Shown piece by piece: positions 32,803 to 46,154 of a DNA stretch of 64,000 bases. The position numbers were made by a program, and so were the translations under genes. The notes below the pieces were generated by a model. It was not told where the DNA came from and made no database searches. It saw nothing but the letters and a program-made list of their open reading frames with translations. Each line of letters begins with the position of its first letter. Positions within the stretch are counted from its first letter, which is position 1. Source of the stretch: the human T2T-CHM13v2.0 reference genome, Homo sapiens; NCBI RefSeq assembly GCF_009914755.1, contig NC_060928.1, one strand, 5' to 3'.

Positions 32803-33380
32803 GATTGTTTGACAGTCTTTCTCCCCTATCAAATTTCTGTTGTGTGTTCAATGACAGAAGAGACTACTTACCCAAATCTGAGTTTTTCAATAAGGAATCA
32901 TTGAGTAAATGAATGAATTTTTGGCATGAAATATAATACCTTCCTGTAAATTATTTAAATGTTGACCTGAAACTTTTTTAGTCCTGTTAGTTACTAATCT
33001 GACCAATTCAGTTTCAAAGGAACTTATCAAGACTTCAGTTAGAGATTAGACATACACAGAGTTTCATTTCTGACTGGATTTTGTGATTGCGTATGTAATT
33101 TTTTTTTCCTGGAGGCTGCAGAAACTGCACAACTTGGCAGATTGGATAACTTCATGTTTCTAAACTGTATAATACACCTGTTATAACAACCAGGGAAAGT
33201 TACCAGATTTACATTTCAGAAACACTATCCTTCTAAATAGAAGTCTAAAAAATATTTATCTTAAAACATCTCAAATTCTTTGCTCATTAATTTCATCAGT
33301 CAAATGTAAATGCCATTGTAATAAGATTCTTCAGAGTATTCAGAGAAACAAAACCAATAGGGTAAAGTATATAGATAGAA

Positions 33381-33870
<490 letters not shown>

Positions 33871-33985
33871 CATCCTATTGGTTTTATTTCTCTGAAAACG
33901 CTGAGGAACCCTATTACAGTGGCATTTTCATTGTAATAGAATGGAATTACATTCTGTTCATATAATATATATATGAAGAATAGCT

Positions 33986-34142
33986 ATTAAGTGGCTCCAA
34001 AACAATTCTATAAAACTTTACCTTCCTCAAATAAATGACAGGAAGTTATTCATATTTACCTGCACTTTTGGAGGAGAACTATGTTGATGCCCACCTTCAA
34101 CCTACTTCCCGACTCAAAAAACCACTAGAAAAGCAAAAGGAG
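33986..34142 (+). repeat. Direct copy of 32464-32620
   Basis: See donor entry. Confidence 0.95.
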
Positions 34143-34193
34143 TGAAGGATAAGTTTTGAAAGTGAAGGATAAGTTGTTGTATCTGGCCCCTCC

Positions 34194-34570
34194 TGTATTA
34201 GTCCATTCTTATTAAAGAACTACCTGAGACTGGGTAATTTATAAAGAAAAGAGGTTTAATTGGCTTACGGTTCTGCAGGCTGAATGGGAAGCATGGCTGG
34301 GGAAGCCTCAGGAAACTTACAATTATGGTGGAAGTCGAAGGGAAAGTAAGTACATCCTATATGGTTGGAGCAGGAGGAAGAGAGTGAAGGGGGAAGTTCT
34401 ATACAACTTCAAACAACAATATCTCACAAGAACTCACTCATTATGATGAGAACAGCAAGGGGGAAATTAGCCCCCATCATCCAGTCACCTCCTACCAGAC
34501 CCCTCCTCCAACACTGGGGATTACAATTTGACATGAGATTTGGGTGGTGACACAAATTCAAAGCATATTA
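34194..34570 (-). mobile_element. MST solo LTR (MSTA-like)
   Basis: TGTATTAGTCCATTCT start, ACATGAGATTTGGGTGGTGACACA end region, TSD CCTCC/CCTTC. Confidence 0.9.
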
Positions 34571-35830
34571 CCTTCTGCAACCAAAAAAGAGGCACAACAC
34601 CAAGTGGGCCTCTTTGGATTTTGGAAGCAGCATATTCCTGCATAGCAGTCTGGACCTGTTACAGAGCCTTCTCTTGTTCTGGACCCCACTCAAAACTGTC
34701 AGCTTTCTGGGCCACTTAGTAAGTGTACCAGAATAACACACCCAAACATACCCTTCATATATATATTATCTATGAATATATATAGTACATATATTTTATA
34801 ATATATGTCTATATATTATATATAGGTATATTTTTATATATACATATATTATAAGGTTACATTTATAATATATATACACACATATTTTATATGGAATTGG
34901 TCCACCCCTTATGAAGGCTAAGTCCCAAGATCTGTAGTCAACAAGCTGGAGACCCAGGAGAGCCTATGTGTAGTTCCAGTCTAACTTTGAAGGTCTGAAA
35001 ACCAGGAAAGCCAGTGATGTATGTGCTAGTTCAAAAGCTGGCAGGCTTGAGACCCAAGAAGTGCTAATGTCTCAGTCTGAGTCTGAAGACCAAACGTCCA
35101 GGTCCAACAGTCAGGCAGCTGGAGTTCCCTCTTAATCAGGCTTCTTGTTCTATTCAAATATTCAGTTGATTAGATGAGGCCCACCCATGTTAGGGAAGCC
35201 AATCTGCTTTACTCAGTCTACAATTCAAATGTTAATCTCATACAGAAACATCTTCCAGACACACCCAAAATAATGTTTGACCAAACATCTGGGCACTCTG
35301 TCAAGTTGACATATAAATTAACTGTCACAAGTCTATACCTCGTCATCTTGGTACCCATATGCGTTTCCTTAAACCATCCTTAATCTCCAAATAAAGACAA
35401 GAGCAAGGTCGTAATTCCAACTAACATGATACAGCCATCCCGTGTACAACTGAAGATGCACCAACCCCTTCCCCAGAAGAATAGGTAGAGTGCTTGAGTG
35501 ATGGTTACTTTTCTCCATGATATCCCATAACTTGAATACTAAGATATAAAATTAACAATGCTTAAATAGTATGATATAAAGTTAATAATCTTCTGTTAAT
35601 AAGGAAATCAGAAAAGAAAGAAAACTAAGATTATACATACACACACACACATATTCATAACAAAATAAGGAGGAAATATTCAGAACTACAGTGCTCATTT
35701 TTCTAACTGGTCACATGGTCATACCTGGTATTTATTACCACTTCTTTTACTATTCATTCTGTATACCCTCTGCCTTCAGCAGGCACTTCAGCTGGTCATG
35801 GTTCTTTACCTGGTGGAGCAACACACATCT

Positions 35831-36397
35831 TCAGTTCCTGAAGGGTCTAGGCCATATGTTAGTCCTTTTTGGATTGGGTTGTTGTAGTTTTCCATTGACC
35901 TTAATCATAGGGTATGATAATACTAAGAGATACCCTAAAGGATCTCCTGTGTTCCAGAAATACTCTTCCTTATCTTCACTGTGAAGTAGAAGTTCAATTT
36001 TCCTCTGGTGGTAAGGATTAATCACCCCAGTCAGTGCAGTAACTCTCTTCTTTGCCTGTTGATTCAAAGGAACACAAAGTGGCCAAGCGGCAGTTTTAAC
36101 TTCCAATTCAATGGAAGATTGAACTGAAAGAAGAAAAGATAACCATATCATTGTTGTGTCTCCTGATAGAAGCATTTCTCCCTTGAAACTAAATCCTCTA
36201 GGGCAGCAGCGTTTAAGGTCACAGGAACAAGAAAGAAAAGTTTTTGCTAAGGGAGCAGTAGGGGTAATAGCCATTCCCATTTCCACCCTGTGATTCTTGA
36301 ACCTGTAAATCCTGGCTATGGGAGAAGTAGCACCATATATTGGACAACAGTTCTGAACATATATAACCCCCTGGATGACCATGATCCAACCCTGCAA
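35831..36397 (-). pseudogene. ERVL integrase C-terminus/dUTPase remnant
   Basis: PLNQQAKKRVTALTGVINPYHQRKIELLLHSEDKEEYFWNTGDPLG resembles the HERV-L dUTPase; frameshifted. Confidence 0.75.
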
Positions 36398-37250
36398 GGT
36401 ATTGCCACATAGCTAATGCTGTAACTGAGATTTCAAATGGTCATTACAATGTTTTATCAAGCCAGCTGCTTCGGGATGGTAAGAACATGGTAAGACCAAT
36501 TAATTCATAAGCATGAGCTCATTGCCAACTTCCTTTGCTGTGAAGTGAGTTCCTTGATCAGAGGTAATGTTGTGTGGAATAACATGACAGTGAATAAAGC
36601 ATCCTCTAATTCCACAAATGGTAGTTCTGACAGAAGCAATTTATGCAGGGGAGGAAAGTCCGTAGCCATAGTTGTTGTCTATTCCAGTAAGATCAAAATA
36701 CTTCCTCTTTCATGATGGAAGTGTCCAGTGTAATCAACCTTCCACCTTGTAGGTGGCTGATCACCCCAGGGAATGGTACCAAATTGGGAACTCATTGTTG
36801 GTCTCTGTTGCTGGCAGATTGACCATTCAGAAGTAGTTACAACCAGGTTAGACATGGTGAGTGGAAGTCTATGTTGTTGAGCTCATACATAACCTTCATC
36901 CCTGCCACCATGAGCACTTTGTTCATGAGCCTATTGGGTGAAGACAGGGGTGACTGGGAAATGAGGCTGACTGGTATCCACACACACAAAAAAATCATCT
37001 ACTTGATTCTTAAAATACTCCTCTGCTGAGATCATTCTTTGGTAAGCATTCACATGGGACACAAAAATCTTCACATTTTTTTGTCCATTTGGGGAGGTCT
37101 ATCCACATACCTCTTTCCCAGATTTCCTTGTCACCAATTTTTCAATCATTTTCCTTTCTAGTCCCTGACCATTCAGCTGACCATTAGCTACAGTCCATGT
37201 ATCAGTCTATAGTTATATGTCTGGCCATATAAGCACAGTGAACAAGTAGT

Positions 37251-37621
37251 TGCAGAGAACTCCCCTTTTTGAGAAATGGCTTTTGGCTTACTACTAGACC
37301 TTAGTAGAGACTGAACACTTAACCATATGCTATCAAGTTCTAGTTACCATGTGACCTGACTTTCCATCATGAACTTGGTGCTATTTGACTCACCAAGCCA
37401 TAAAGTTGGGCATGCATAGCAGCATTCTATTATCAAATGAAAGTGGCATATACCTGAGTAGGTCCGAGCAGTTCCTGAAGGCACAGCAAGTTACCTGAAG
37501 AAGTGGCCCAAATGCCCATGGTCCCTGTTCCTGCTACACTGCCTTCTATCATCCAATCTGCACCCAGTGGCCTCATGGGGAGTACCCTATGATCAGTTGG
37601 CAGAGAATGAGAAGACTAGTG
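37251..37621 (+). repeat. ~370-bp inverted copy of ERVL pol 37964-38337
   Basis: For example, GGCCCAAATGCCCATGGTCCCTGTTCCTGCTACACTGCCTTCTATCATCCAA has its exact reverse complement at ~38027-38080. Confidence 0.95.
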
Positions 37622-37850
37622 AAATTGAATGCCTACAAAATTGTTACTTAATCCATATAAGTACAATAGAAAACTTCTAAGTCAAGTGAACAAAAGCTTA
37701 ACCTGAACTATGAAAATGGAAAGTCGTGGTCCCTCAATCATTTCCCAGACCTCGTCCTCTTTTTTGTTGTTGTTGAGACAGTCTTGCTGTGTCACCCAGG
37801 CTGCAGTGCAGTGGTGCAATATCTGCTCACTGCAACTTCTGCTTACTTGG
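37621..37850 (+). repeat. ~230-bp inverted copy of 39719-39944 (ERVL gag end plus the 3' end of the adjacent Alu)
   Basis: GAAATTGAATGCCTAC...TCAATCATTTCCCAGACCT..CCTCTTTTTTGTTGTTG..AGACAGTCT..CTGTGTCACCCAG is the reverse complement of 39719-39944. Confidence 0.93.
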
Positions 37851-39516
37851 AGGATTTCCTTTCATTGCTGTCCTTCAGGGTGTCCCAGAAATGGGCTGTA
37901 GTGCTGCAGCTGTCTGCTTTTGGGTGTTGCCTGCATATGGTGCAGAACCCTCTAGAAACCAAGCACTCGTCTTCTCATTCTCTCTCAACTGATCATAGAG
38001 TACTCCCCATGAGGCCATGGGTGCAGGTTGGATGATAGAAGGCAGTGTAGCAGGAACAGGGACCATGGGCATTTGGGCCATTTCTTCACATAACTTGCCG
38101 TGCCTTCAGGACCTGCTTGGACCCACTCAGGTATATGCCACTTTCATTTGATAATAGAATGCTGCTATGCATGCCCAACTTTATGGCTTGGTGAGTCAAA
38201 TAGTACCAAGTTCATGATGGGACGCTCAGGTCACATGATAACTTGAACTTGATAGCATATGGTTAAGTGTTCAGTCTCTACTAAGGCCCAGTAGTAAGCC
38301 AAAAATCATTTCTCAAAAAAAGGGAGTAGTTCTCTGAAGATGATAGCAGGGCTTTGCTACAAAATCCTAAAGGTCTGTGCTACAATTCACTAATGGGAGC
38401 CTGCCAAAGGCTCCAAACCAGCATCCCTATCTGCTGCTGCCACTTGAAACACCATGGAATCTGGTGGCCCAAGTGGCAAAGAAGTTTGCGTAGCAGCCTG
38501 GACCTGTTGCAGAGCCTTCTCTTGTTCCAGCCCCTACTCGAAACTAATCAGCTTTCTTGTTCACTTAGTAAATGGGCCAGAATAACACACCCAAATGAGG
38601 AATATGTTATCTCCAAAATCCAGAGGCCCACCAGGTGTTGTGTCTTAGAAATAATATCTTGGCATGCCCCACATCACTAGATCCCTTGAAATTTAACTGA
38701 GGTAGAAGGCCCCTGGATTTTTGTTGGATTTATTTTCCACCCTCTGACATGCAAATGTCTCACCAATAAATCTAGAGTAGTTGCAACTTTTTGCTCACTA
38801 GGCCCCATTCACATAATGTAGTCAGTGTAATGGATCAGTGTGATATCTTGCCAAAGGGAAAGGTGATCAAGATCTTTTAAGCTAAATCATGATATAGTGC
38901 TTGACATTTGATATATCCCTGAGCTCGTATGGTGAAGGTTGGTCTTGACAGCTGAAAGAAAATGGCTTTTTGTGGGCCTTATTGACAGGCTAGAGAAAAC
39001 GGCATTTGCCAGATTGACAGCTGCCTACTGTGTATCAGGGAATGTATTAATTTGCTCAAGCAATAAAACCACATCCTGTATAGCAACTGAAATTGGAGTT
39101 ACCACATGGTTAAGCTTACAATAATCCACTTTCATTCTTCAAGATTCATCTGTCTTCTGCACAGGCCAAATAGGCAAGTTGAATGGGGATGTGGGAATCA
39201 CCACCCCTGTATCTTTCAAGTCTTTGATAGTGGCAAAAACTAATCTCTGTGATTCCCTCCAGAAATGCAGTATTGCTTTTGGGATATATATAAATATATA
39301 CGTATATTAGGTAGGGGCAGTTCTGTGGCTCCCACATGGCCTTTCCCATCATAATAACCCTCACTTCACAGGTCAGGGAACCAATGTGGGGCTCTGCAAG
39401 CTTCTGAGTATATCTGTTCCAATTATGCATTCCAGGACTGGGGAAATAACCACAGGATGGGTTTGGAAACCCACTGAGTCCACTGTGAGACAGACCTGAA
39501 CTAAAACTCCACTGAT

Positions 39517-39805
39517 AGCTGGACCCAGTGGCTCACGTCTGTATTCCCAACACTTTGGGAGTCAGGGTGGGTGGATCACTTGAGGCCAGGAGTTCAAGAC
39601 CAGTCTGGCCAGCATAGTGAAACCCTGTCCCTGCTAAAAATGCAAAAATTAGCTGGGCAGTGGTGCATACCTGTAATCTCAGCTACTCAGGAGACTGAGG
39701 TTTGAGAATCGCTTGAATCCAGTGGGCAGAAGTTGCAATGAGCAGAGATTGCACCACTACACTGCAGTCTGGGTGACACAGCGAGACTGTCTCAACAACA
39801 AAAAA
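39517..39805 (+). mobile_element. Old AluS (Sz-like) within the ERVL, no TSD evident
   Basis: GATCACTTGAGGCCAGGAGTTC and GAGAATCGCTTGAA; short AACAACAAAAAA tail. Confidence 0.88.
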
Positions 39806-41516
39806 GAGGCTCAGGTCTGGGAAATGATTGAGGAACTATGACTCTCCATTTTTATAATTCAAGTTAGGCTTTTGTTCACTTGACCTAGAAGTTTTCTATT
39901 GTACTTACGTAGATCAAGTAACAATTTAGTAGGCATTCAATTTCCCTTCTAAGAACACCCTGACCAACTAGCCAATGTCATAGGTCTACATAAGTCAGAC
40001 TGTTATGACTGCTGCTTTGGCTCTGCTGTCCATTGTGGAAATCATTCCCACACTAATGGTTGAGTGCTCCCACTTGGCGCCTAACACCCCAGGATCTGAT
40101 TAGTCCCATTGCATTTAGGTTTTCCAGTTCAGTGACTGCAGTTCCCGCTGTGAGGTCTGGCCTACAGAGAAGAGCAATCACAGATCTCTTAAGTATGCCA
40201 AATCTGCCCTCATAAATTTACTTCTAGTAGTTGTGGTGAAAGCTATGATACTCTCCCAGTGGAAGTGAATAGGTCTTAAATGACAAATCCACTCCAACAA
40301 TTCAATCTCCCTAAACCTTTGAATCCCTTCCTCTACAATAAACCAAGTCAGGTCCAGAATTTCCAACTTGCTCAACTGTGAACCAGTTGTGTTTCAGCCA
40401 ACCAACCAAATTATTAGAGCCCTTTCTAACTTCGTGAGCTGCAACTTCCTGCTCTGCAAACAAAGATCATGCAAAATCTCATCTTACTGAGCCTGTATCA
40501 ATAAATTCAGCTCAACCAAACTTTATGTTCCTTCAACCATTATCTCATACTCTTAATATCCGTTCCCACACATGTTCTTAGATTTGTATCTGTATAAGTT
40601 AGAAAACCAAATAGTTCTTTTGAAGTGTAATATACTTCCTTATGGGTCATACTTTCTGCATCTTTGGGGGCCTGCTGGAGCTTGAGTCTAGTTATAGGTC
40701 TAGAAGCAAAGAGGAATCATGAGGTGGATCCTGAGGAGACTCAGCATTGTCTTAACAACTGTTTCAGGGGGTGCCATCATAATTTCCTCAGACAGTGCAG
40801 GGCTAATCCCCTCAGATAGGAATATAGAGGCTGCTCCTGCTTGGGGTGGAGAGGCTGTGCTATTGCAAGTGGGAAGGACTCTTCCACTGGCAAAAATATT
40901 TACCATAATTTAGGAGCTCAGAATACCCAGCTTCATAAAGGTCTTCCCACACATACCCATTTCAACTTTCAGGATCCAGTTTTTTCCCAATCAATGCACT
41001 TACTTTAACAATAGTCACCCTGTGAGGCTAGAAGTTCAACTTGCATTGCAGTTCTGCTAGTCACAGGATGAGATTCCACATTTGATTTTCAGCAATCTCA
41101 GCACTGTAGTTATAGGAGATAAGGGTCTGCTTGAGGGCATAGAAGCTTTCAGGTTATTTATGTAGTGCTTGACTTGGAATTCAAATCCCTGAGCTCATAC
41201 TTTTCTTTCTACACTTTGTCCTGAAATAACAAGAGTGATCAGACAATTTCATTATATTCATTAGTTTGCCAAAAATATTTGAAAATATCATATACACAGT
41301 CAGATTCTTGCTTCTTATAAGTGATTAATTGGGAGTATCCAATGGTGATATTTTGCATATCTCTACTGCCAGATCATACCATGGACTATCAATGCTCTCC
41401 TTACTACTAGAAATGGAGTAATTAGCATCTTTAAATCTAAGCAGACAATAGAACAAATTCTTGAATCCCCGGAACCAATTCAGAATACTCACTCTTAAAA
41501 TTCTTTTCCTCTAGAA

Positions 41517-41531
41517 CCACTCTCAGTACCA
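41517..41531 (-). promoter_or_regulatory. Degenerate tRNA-Leu primer-binding site of the ERVL
   Basis: Minus-strand TGGTACTGAGAGTGG 5 nt downstream of the 5' LTR, similar to the ERVL TGGTACCAGGAGTGG. Confidence 0.7.
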
Positions 41532-41536
41532 AAACC

Positions 41537-42029
41537 TGTATTTGTCAGAGTTCTCTAAAGAAATAGAACCAATAGGATCTGTGCGTGTGTAAACATATTA
41601 TGGAGAGAGAGAGAGACAAAAATTTATTAAAAGGAATTGGGTCCCATGAAGGCCATGAAGGATGAAGAGTCCCAAGATCTGCAGTTGGTAAGCTGGAGAC
41701 GCAGGAGAGCTGATGTGTGAGTTCCAGTTCAAGAAACCAAAACAGCACTATTTCAGCCCAAGTTCAAAAGCTGAAAAAGACCAATGTCTGGCTCAAACAA
41801 TCAGATAGGAGGAGCTCTCTCTCATTCAGGCTTTTTGTTCTATTCGGGTCTTCGATTGATTGAATGAAGCCCACCTATACTAGGGAGCCAATCTACTTTA
41901 CTCTCTCTACCAATTCAAATGCTAATCTCTTTCAGAAATACCCTCACAGACACACCTAGAATAATATTTGACCAAATGTCTGGGCACCCTGAGGCACAGT
42001 CAAGTTGACACATAAAATTAACCGTCATG
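41537..42029 (-). mobile_element. MLT2 5' LTR
   Basis: TGTATTTGTCAGAGTTCTCTAAAGAAATAGAACCAATAGGA ... CAGTCAAGTTGACACATAAAATTAACCGTCA. Confidence 0.92.
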
Positions 42030-43611
42030 GCCATTTCATTATTTTCACAAATATTTTCTATATTTGTAGAATAGATTTGATTCAAGTTCTCATTATTTCT
42101 CACCTAAATTAATGGAATAGACTTACAAGTAATCCCATGACCTCCAACTTCTCCTTTCTTGCATTCATCTCCTAAACTACCACCAATAGTACAGATTAAT
42201 AGTGTTTTTCACCCTTACCCTTTCTTCTGAACACTGTAGAAATGATTCTCATAGGCCTTGGGATCCAGCCTAATCTCAGTAGCATAGCCACAAGTATGCC
42301 TTCTTATCATCTTCCTCTCCACCTCTCCGCATCAGGAATGCCTGCTTATCATTCTAATGCTAAACCAGTGCAACACAATATAGTAACTATTAAGTTGAAC
42401 TATATGAAACTGCCATTTTTGTAAGTAAAAAAAAAAGGCAAATTGCTAGAACATGATTCATTTTAACCCAATAATGTAAAAGAAGAAATGTAACTTGTCA
42501 AGAGCAGAGCCCTTGTTTCATTCATCTCAGTTTACCTAGTAGCTAGCATGATTTTTTGCACACTATAGGCCTTAAGGAAATGTTTACTGAATCAATAAAT
42601 CACTTATATATTAAAGAAAAAGAAAAAGCATTAGAATATGTCATAAATTTTCATTATCTTCAGTTTTGCTCTGACTTTACACAAATGACTTTATCTTTCA
42701 TTTTTTAGAATTATATTCAAAGATTCAAGTTAAATATCAATTATTCTTTGAATTAAGAAGTATTTTTAGTTTTATCTAGACATTCAAAAATGTTTTTAAT
42801 CTGAATGGAGAAGAAATAGACAATACATTTAACTCAAGCCACATTTTACTTCACTTGAAAAGTATTCCACCACTTGTGGCCAAAAACTCCCTTCTGAAAA
42901 TTAGCAATTTGGGGTTGTTGGGATTTTTGGGTGACTCCTTTTCTGGCTTCAGAAAAATGCTAAAAATATAACCTATTGAACTCATGGGAAAAGTGAGCCA
43001 CCATGATCAGATAGAGCCTGTTCAATCCATGAATGCACTGGAAACATTTTTGAATTTGACAGGAAATAGAAAGTTTTGCAGTGGAGGATCTCTCAGGGCT
43101 AATTATAATCTTACATAATTGAAGGGCTAGCAGGGAGTTTAAGAGATCAATTTATCTACTCTGTGTTTTCCAGGAGTATAATGTTTAAACCATACTCAAC
43201 AAGTAAGAATCCATATTATGTTATTTTGTATTTATTTATTTTTAAAGACCTTAACTGGCTTTATTTACAGTTCTACAAGCAGGCAACACTTCATTCTATA
43301 AAACAAAATGAGTGTTCCCTATCCTATTTTAAAGAAATCTGTAAAACAGTGGGAATTTTAAATCATAAAGCCTCTTGTGGATTTAAATAAACAGCATATC
43401 TCCCATAGGGATTGTCAGTACTGAAATTATCTAACACATGAAGTAGTGAAAATCAGACTCATTTTAAAGATTTGTGTATGTACAGAACTACTCTTAATTC
43501 CTCCCTACCACTGTTTTGGGATAAATTCAGCATACCACAATGCGGCATAGGTAGAACTTGGCACACTTCTGTCATGCAGACTATGATGGCATACCTGTGG
43601 ATCTCTCATGA

Positions 43612-43797
43612 GCAAAGTTTCTCAACAGAGTACATACTGGCATTTTGAGTGAGACAATTTATTGTGCAGTGTTCCTGGCTCCATCCCACTAAATGCTAGC
43701 AGTGCCCCCTAGTTACTGTGACAACCAAAAAAGGCTCATCACCCATCTCCAAATATTACTGGGCAGAGTGGTATCACCCCAGCTTGAGAATCACTGC
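43612..43797. mobile_element. MER20-like hAT-Charlie MITE
   Basis: TIRs CAAAGTTTCTCAAC / CTTGAGAATCACTG; CCCACTAAATGCTAGCAG and GTGACAACCAAAAA core. Confidence 0.75.
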
Positions 43798-45309
43798 ACT
43801 AGTCTATGGACTTGTTATGAATGGTCAATACTATTTGTAGGCATACATTTATTTATTTACACATGGAAATATATAAACAGTTTATTCAATGTAGTATACA
43901 AATAAGGTAACAGCTTTTATTTTTCAGAGATTTACTCAGTCCAATGGGGATCTTTTCATCCCACTGGGTTTCTATTCAAGCATAGTGTGACCCAGTTTGA
44001 AGGAAAGTGCTTGTCCACTGTTCGGGGATGCTCATGCTGGTCCAGGGCCAGCTCTGCCACTCTGTCTCCTCTTGCTGAGCCACAGTTTACAATGGACAAA
44101 GAAAGTAAAGCATCTGGCCTGTGACCCATTAATTTCCTTTACCAAGGGCCAACCTCTGAGAGAAAGAAAAGAGGGCAAGTGCCCCAATCTGATTTTCTTA
44201 TCAATTGGACCTCTAAGTAAATAGATGAATGATGTTTGTTAGCAGGAAGAGATTTCATCTGTTGAATACCACTGACTTAGTGTAAATAAATCTACGATAT
44301 ATGGCGACATAAGGCACAGCTCCCTGGAAAATGTCATTCTTTGAGATATAAAATGGAGATATTGTATGACTCAAATGCTCCTCCTTCTGCGTGAGAAAAA
44401 AAAAACCTTTAAATGTCACTAGAAGATCCTCATTTATTATTCTGGGCCAGAGAGTAAATGTTTGACATGAAAAGATAGGATCCAAGGAACCACCCTCAAT
44501 GTCTCAGATCCCTCTTTGCTTCATTTGAGTCTCTTGATTGCCTGTATCTTGAAATTTTTGTAAAAGCTCAATGTTGGGTAAAGGTTTGGATTTAGGTGAG
44601 TCTGACTTGACTAGCTAATTTTTTGTGTTATCTCATTCCCCAAACCCTCTTTTGTCTCTGCTGTAAGAGCCCAAAGGTACTCTGGCACTAGTCCCAAGAC
44701 TATGCTCATAGCAATCCTCACTCATGACCATCCTCGTGAGCCTTTCCTTGACCCCAGAGAACCATCCTAGACTTTACCTTTCTCAAAATAATTTCATTTC
44801 AAAGGCCTTAATTCCTTTCCCTATCTCCTGGTCTGGATTTGTCCCAAAGGCTTTGAGCTCTTTAAAAACTTGATCCATTACAAAAAAAAAAAAAAAAAAT
44901 GAGAGTAGACCGGATTCAATACTAGTCACAGTGGGGTTTGCAGAGATGTTTCAGTGAGCTGAAATACATGAAAAATTACTTAAGATAATTGCTAATTATA
45001 AAAAAGCCATGCAGGTATTTGGCAATACTCTCATTTTGAAATGAGATAAACTGAGAATATTTTAAATATATTACAGATAAGTTAACTTCCTTTTAAGCCA
45101 GGAAAGTAAAATTATAATAAATTCTGATTTTGATATAAATAAAATGTGGAAAATTCAAACAAACAAACATAATCTACCTCCTCTCCAGTGACAGGGGTCT
45201 TAGGAAATGATAGCACTGATGGAGTAAGTCATCATCATCATCAAAAAATAATAATGCCTTTTTATATTCTAACCCATGATAACTGGTGTCTATGCTTGAG
45301 AGATAATAG

Positions 45310-45520
45310 AGTATAGTGAGTGACAGCAAAGGCTTTAGAGCCAGACTCCTTAGGTTTAAATCCCAGCTTGCCCACTTGCTGCCCAAGATATTGGGCAGGT
45401 TATTTGGCCCTTTAAGTCTTAATTTTTTTCATCTACAAATTGGGAAGAATAATAATATGTACTTCATAGGATTTGTTTAAGAAATGAATTAATACAGGTA
45501 AATAGCATAAAATGGTATTT
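45310..45520 (+). mobile_element. MIR
   Basis: GGCTTTAGAGCCAGAC..GGTTTAAATCCCAGCT..TTGGGCAGGTTATTT..CATCTACAAATTGGG. Confidence 0.75.
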
Positions 45521-46154
45521 ATGGTACCTGGGTGTATTTGGGAGATTATAAGTCATCAATAGTTATTGACTATAAGTATTATTTGCATAATTAAGATGGT
45601 CAGAAAAAAATAAGCATATTTCCTGAAACTAAGAGAAACTAGTTTCTCTTTTAAAAAAGCATAGTGTTAGTGTATCTACCTATCTATGTAATTATTGTGT
45701 AACTGGATGATACACATGGTATACTGGAAAACATATGAGCAATAGAGACTTCAGAAGATGTTGGTTTAAATTCTCTCTCTCCTAAATGTCTTCTTAAAAT
45801 GGGTACATCTATACAAACCTACCTCGCAGGAGGACTGTTGTGCAGATTAAATATCTTGTTTGTAAAATGTTTTGTACAGTGCTTGTCCTTTGCGAGTCCT
45901 TCACAAATAGTTCCTATTGCTAGTACTAGGACTCAGCATAGCATTCAACACATGCTTGAGAAAGAGTAAATAACGAATGTGTAGTACTATGCAGTCAATT
46001 TGTGAAGTGACAAGCATGACTCTACAGGGAAGGCCACATTTCTTACACTGTTCCTACAAAAGCTGGATATTCACAAATCAAGAATGTGAAAGTAGATATT
46101 CCTTCATTTGAAGGGAGAGAGAACTGTATAATGGATAACAGACTGAGCTAATGC

